Shown: positions 62,801 to 64,000 of the stretch, piece after piece
Position numbering within the stretch: the first letter of the stretch is position 1
Layout of the letters: every line of letters starts with the position of its first letter
Assembly (NCBI RefSeq): GCF_902713615.1
Contig: NC_052152.1
Location: 182,650,712 to 182,714,711 of the forward strand
DNA: 64,000 nucleotides
Direction of reading: 5' to 3'
DNA from: Scyliorhinus canicula
Taxonomy: Eukaryota
Notes under the pieces: model-generated
Told to the model about the DNA's origin: nothing
The model's input: the letters and a program-made list of their open reading frames with translations, nothing else
The model's database searches: none
Made by a program: the position numbers and the translations under genes

Positions 62801-64000
62801 AAACTTTGGACGCAGAAATGATGCCGAATGGCATCCGGTTGTAGCAGGACCTGCCAAAGGGTGTGTTGAACGTACACAGCTTCCTGCTTGACTCATCTAG
62901 TTGGATCTGCCAGAAACCCTTCGAGGCATCCAGTTTTGAGAATATTTAGGCATGGGCCATCTCGGACGTGAGCTCCTCACATTTCGGAATCGGGTAGTGC
63001 TCCCGCATGATATTCTGATTCAGATCTTTAGGATCAATACAGATCCGCAGCTTGCTGGACGGTTTCTTGACGCAGACCATGGAGCTTACCCAGTCTGTGG
63101 ATTCCGTGACCCGAGAGATGACTCCTTGTTCCTGGAGGTCCTGGAGCTGTTGCTTGAGGCGGTCCTTGAGGGATGCTGGAACTCTGCGAGGTGCGTGAAT
63201 GACAGGCGCTGGGCTTGAGTAAGAATTTGTACGTGTACGGGAGCGTGCCCATGCCTTCAAAGACATCATGGCATTGCTGGATGATGGAGTCGAGTTGCGC
63301 CCTGAAGTCTGTGTCAGAGGATGCAGACACATCGCTTGAAGAGAGAGAGTGTACTCTATGCACTAAGTGGAGCAGCTTGCATGCCTGCGCACCAAGCAAG
63401 GAGGCTTTTGAGGCAGCAACAATCTCAAACGGGAGAATAGCTGTGTGAGCACGATGTGTCACCTCAAGGCGGCAGGAGTTGCTGGTAGTGATGGCATTGC
63501 CATTGTAGTCCAACAATTTACATGCGGATGGCAGGACAGCAGGCTGTATGCAGAGCTTGCGAAAATCAGACGACGCAATGAGATTGGCAAAAGCGCCAGT
63601 GTCCAGGCGGAACCTGACAGGGGACCAGTTGACCGTAAGGGTGGCACACCACTCATCCTGGCCAACGCTGTGTACGTGGACGGGTTCAGTGCCACGCTTG
63701 GAGGACATCCTGTTTGTGGTAACGACGCCGCTTTGGAATGGGACCTGTGGGTCATTGCAGGCACAGTGAGAAGCAAGGTCTGGAGTAGGTTCATTGATGG
63801 CAGGCTGGATAGCCCTGATGTCTCTGTGGGGCTGGGTGGACCTCCTAAAAACAGCAGGCAGGGAAGATCTGCACATTGCAGCGTAGTGACCTCGTTTGCC
63901 ACACTGCAGGCAGCGTCGGGACTTCGCGGGACATTGCCGCTTTATGTGGGCGGAGCCGCAGTTGCCGCACGCCGGAGCGTCGGGATGTTCGTTGCGCCAC
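59894..64000 (-). pseudogene. Gypsy/Ty3 LTR retrotransposon gag-pol (K02A2.6/Mag-like), disrupted, continues beyond the window
   Basis: Gag Zn knuckles CGNCGSAHIKRQC and CLQCGKRGHYAAMC. Protease LDTGA. RT YPIP, FSKLDASKGFWQI, MPFGIISA, VYVEDI. RNase H VAYASR, ETDHRP. Integrase HQGH..CSTC, GIDLF, SDNGP, SNGKAE. Order PR-RT-RH-IN. Confidence 0.95.
60957..61658 (-). mobile_element. solo LTR (retrovirus-like, 702 bp) inserted in the Gypsy integrase zinc finger
   Basis: TG...CA ends, perfect 4-bp TSD CTCC (60953-60956 and 61659-61662). Removal restores QLVLEQLHQGHL. Minus-strand TATAAA near 61115-61120, AATAAA near 61032-61037, U3 repeats CTCTGCTTTCACAGATGC. Confidence 0.88.

Overview
Repeat-dense, apparently intergenic or deep-intronic vertebrate DNA. 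HE1-type V-SINEs, a SacSINE1/Deu-domain SINE and typical CR1, L2 and Penelope remnants point to a cartilaginous fish, probably a shark. I cannot support any host protein-coding exon. Best-defined elements: (1) a full-length 4.4-kb hAT (Tip100/ZMYM1-like) DNA transposon at 31570-35965, with perfect 14-bp TIRs, a perfect 8-bp TSD and a ~945-aa transposase broken only by three 1-nt frameshifts; (2) a 3.9-kb PIF/Harbinger deletion derivative at 50790-54662 (TSD CTG) that keeps a three-exon Myb/SANT gene with a long heptad coiled-coil but only the N-terminus of its transposase, plus related CpG-rich MITEs; (3) a Gypsy gag-pol on the minus strand (~59.9-64 kb) and an older Gypsy pol relic (13.8-16.6 kb); (4) three solo LTRs with TSDs, two of them nested in the Gypsy elements; (5) four tRNA-SINE architectures that share heads and tails in a modular way; (6) a Penelope-like inverted-repeat insertion (9529-9773) whose arms each fold into a minimal hammerhead ribozyme with a non-canonical U3-A8 core and an extra A. 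Item 6 is the most intriguing signal. There is one 160-N assembly gap.
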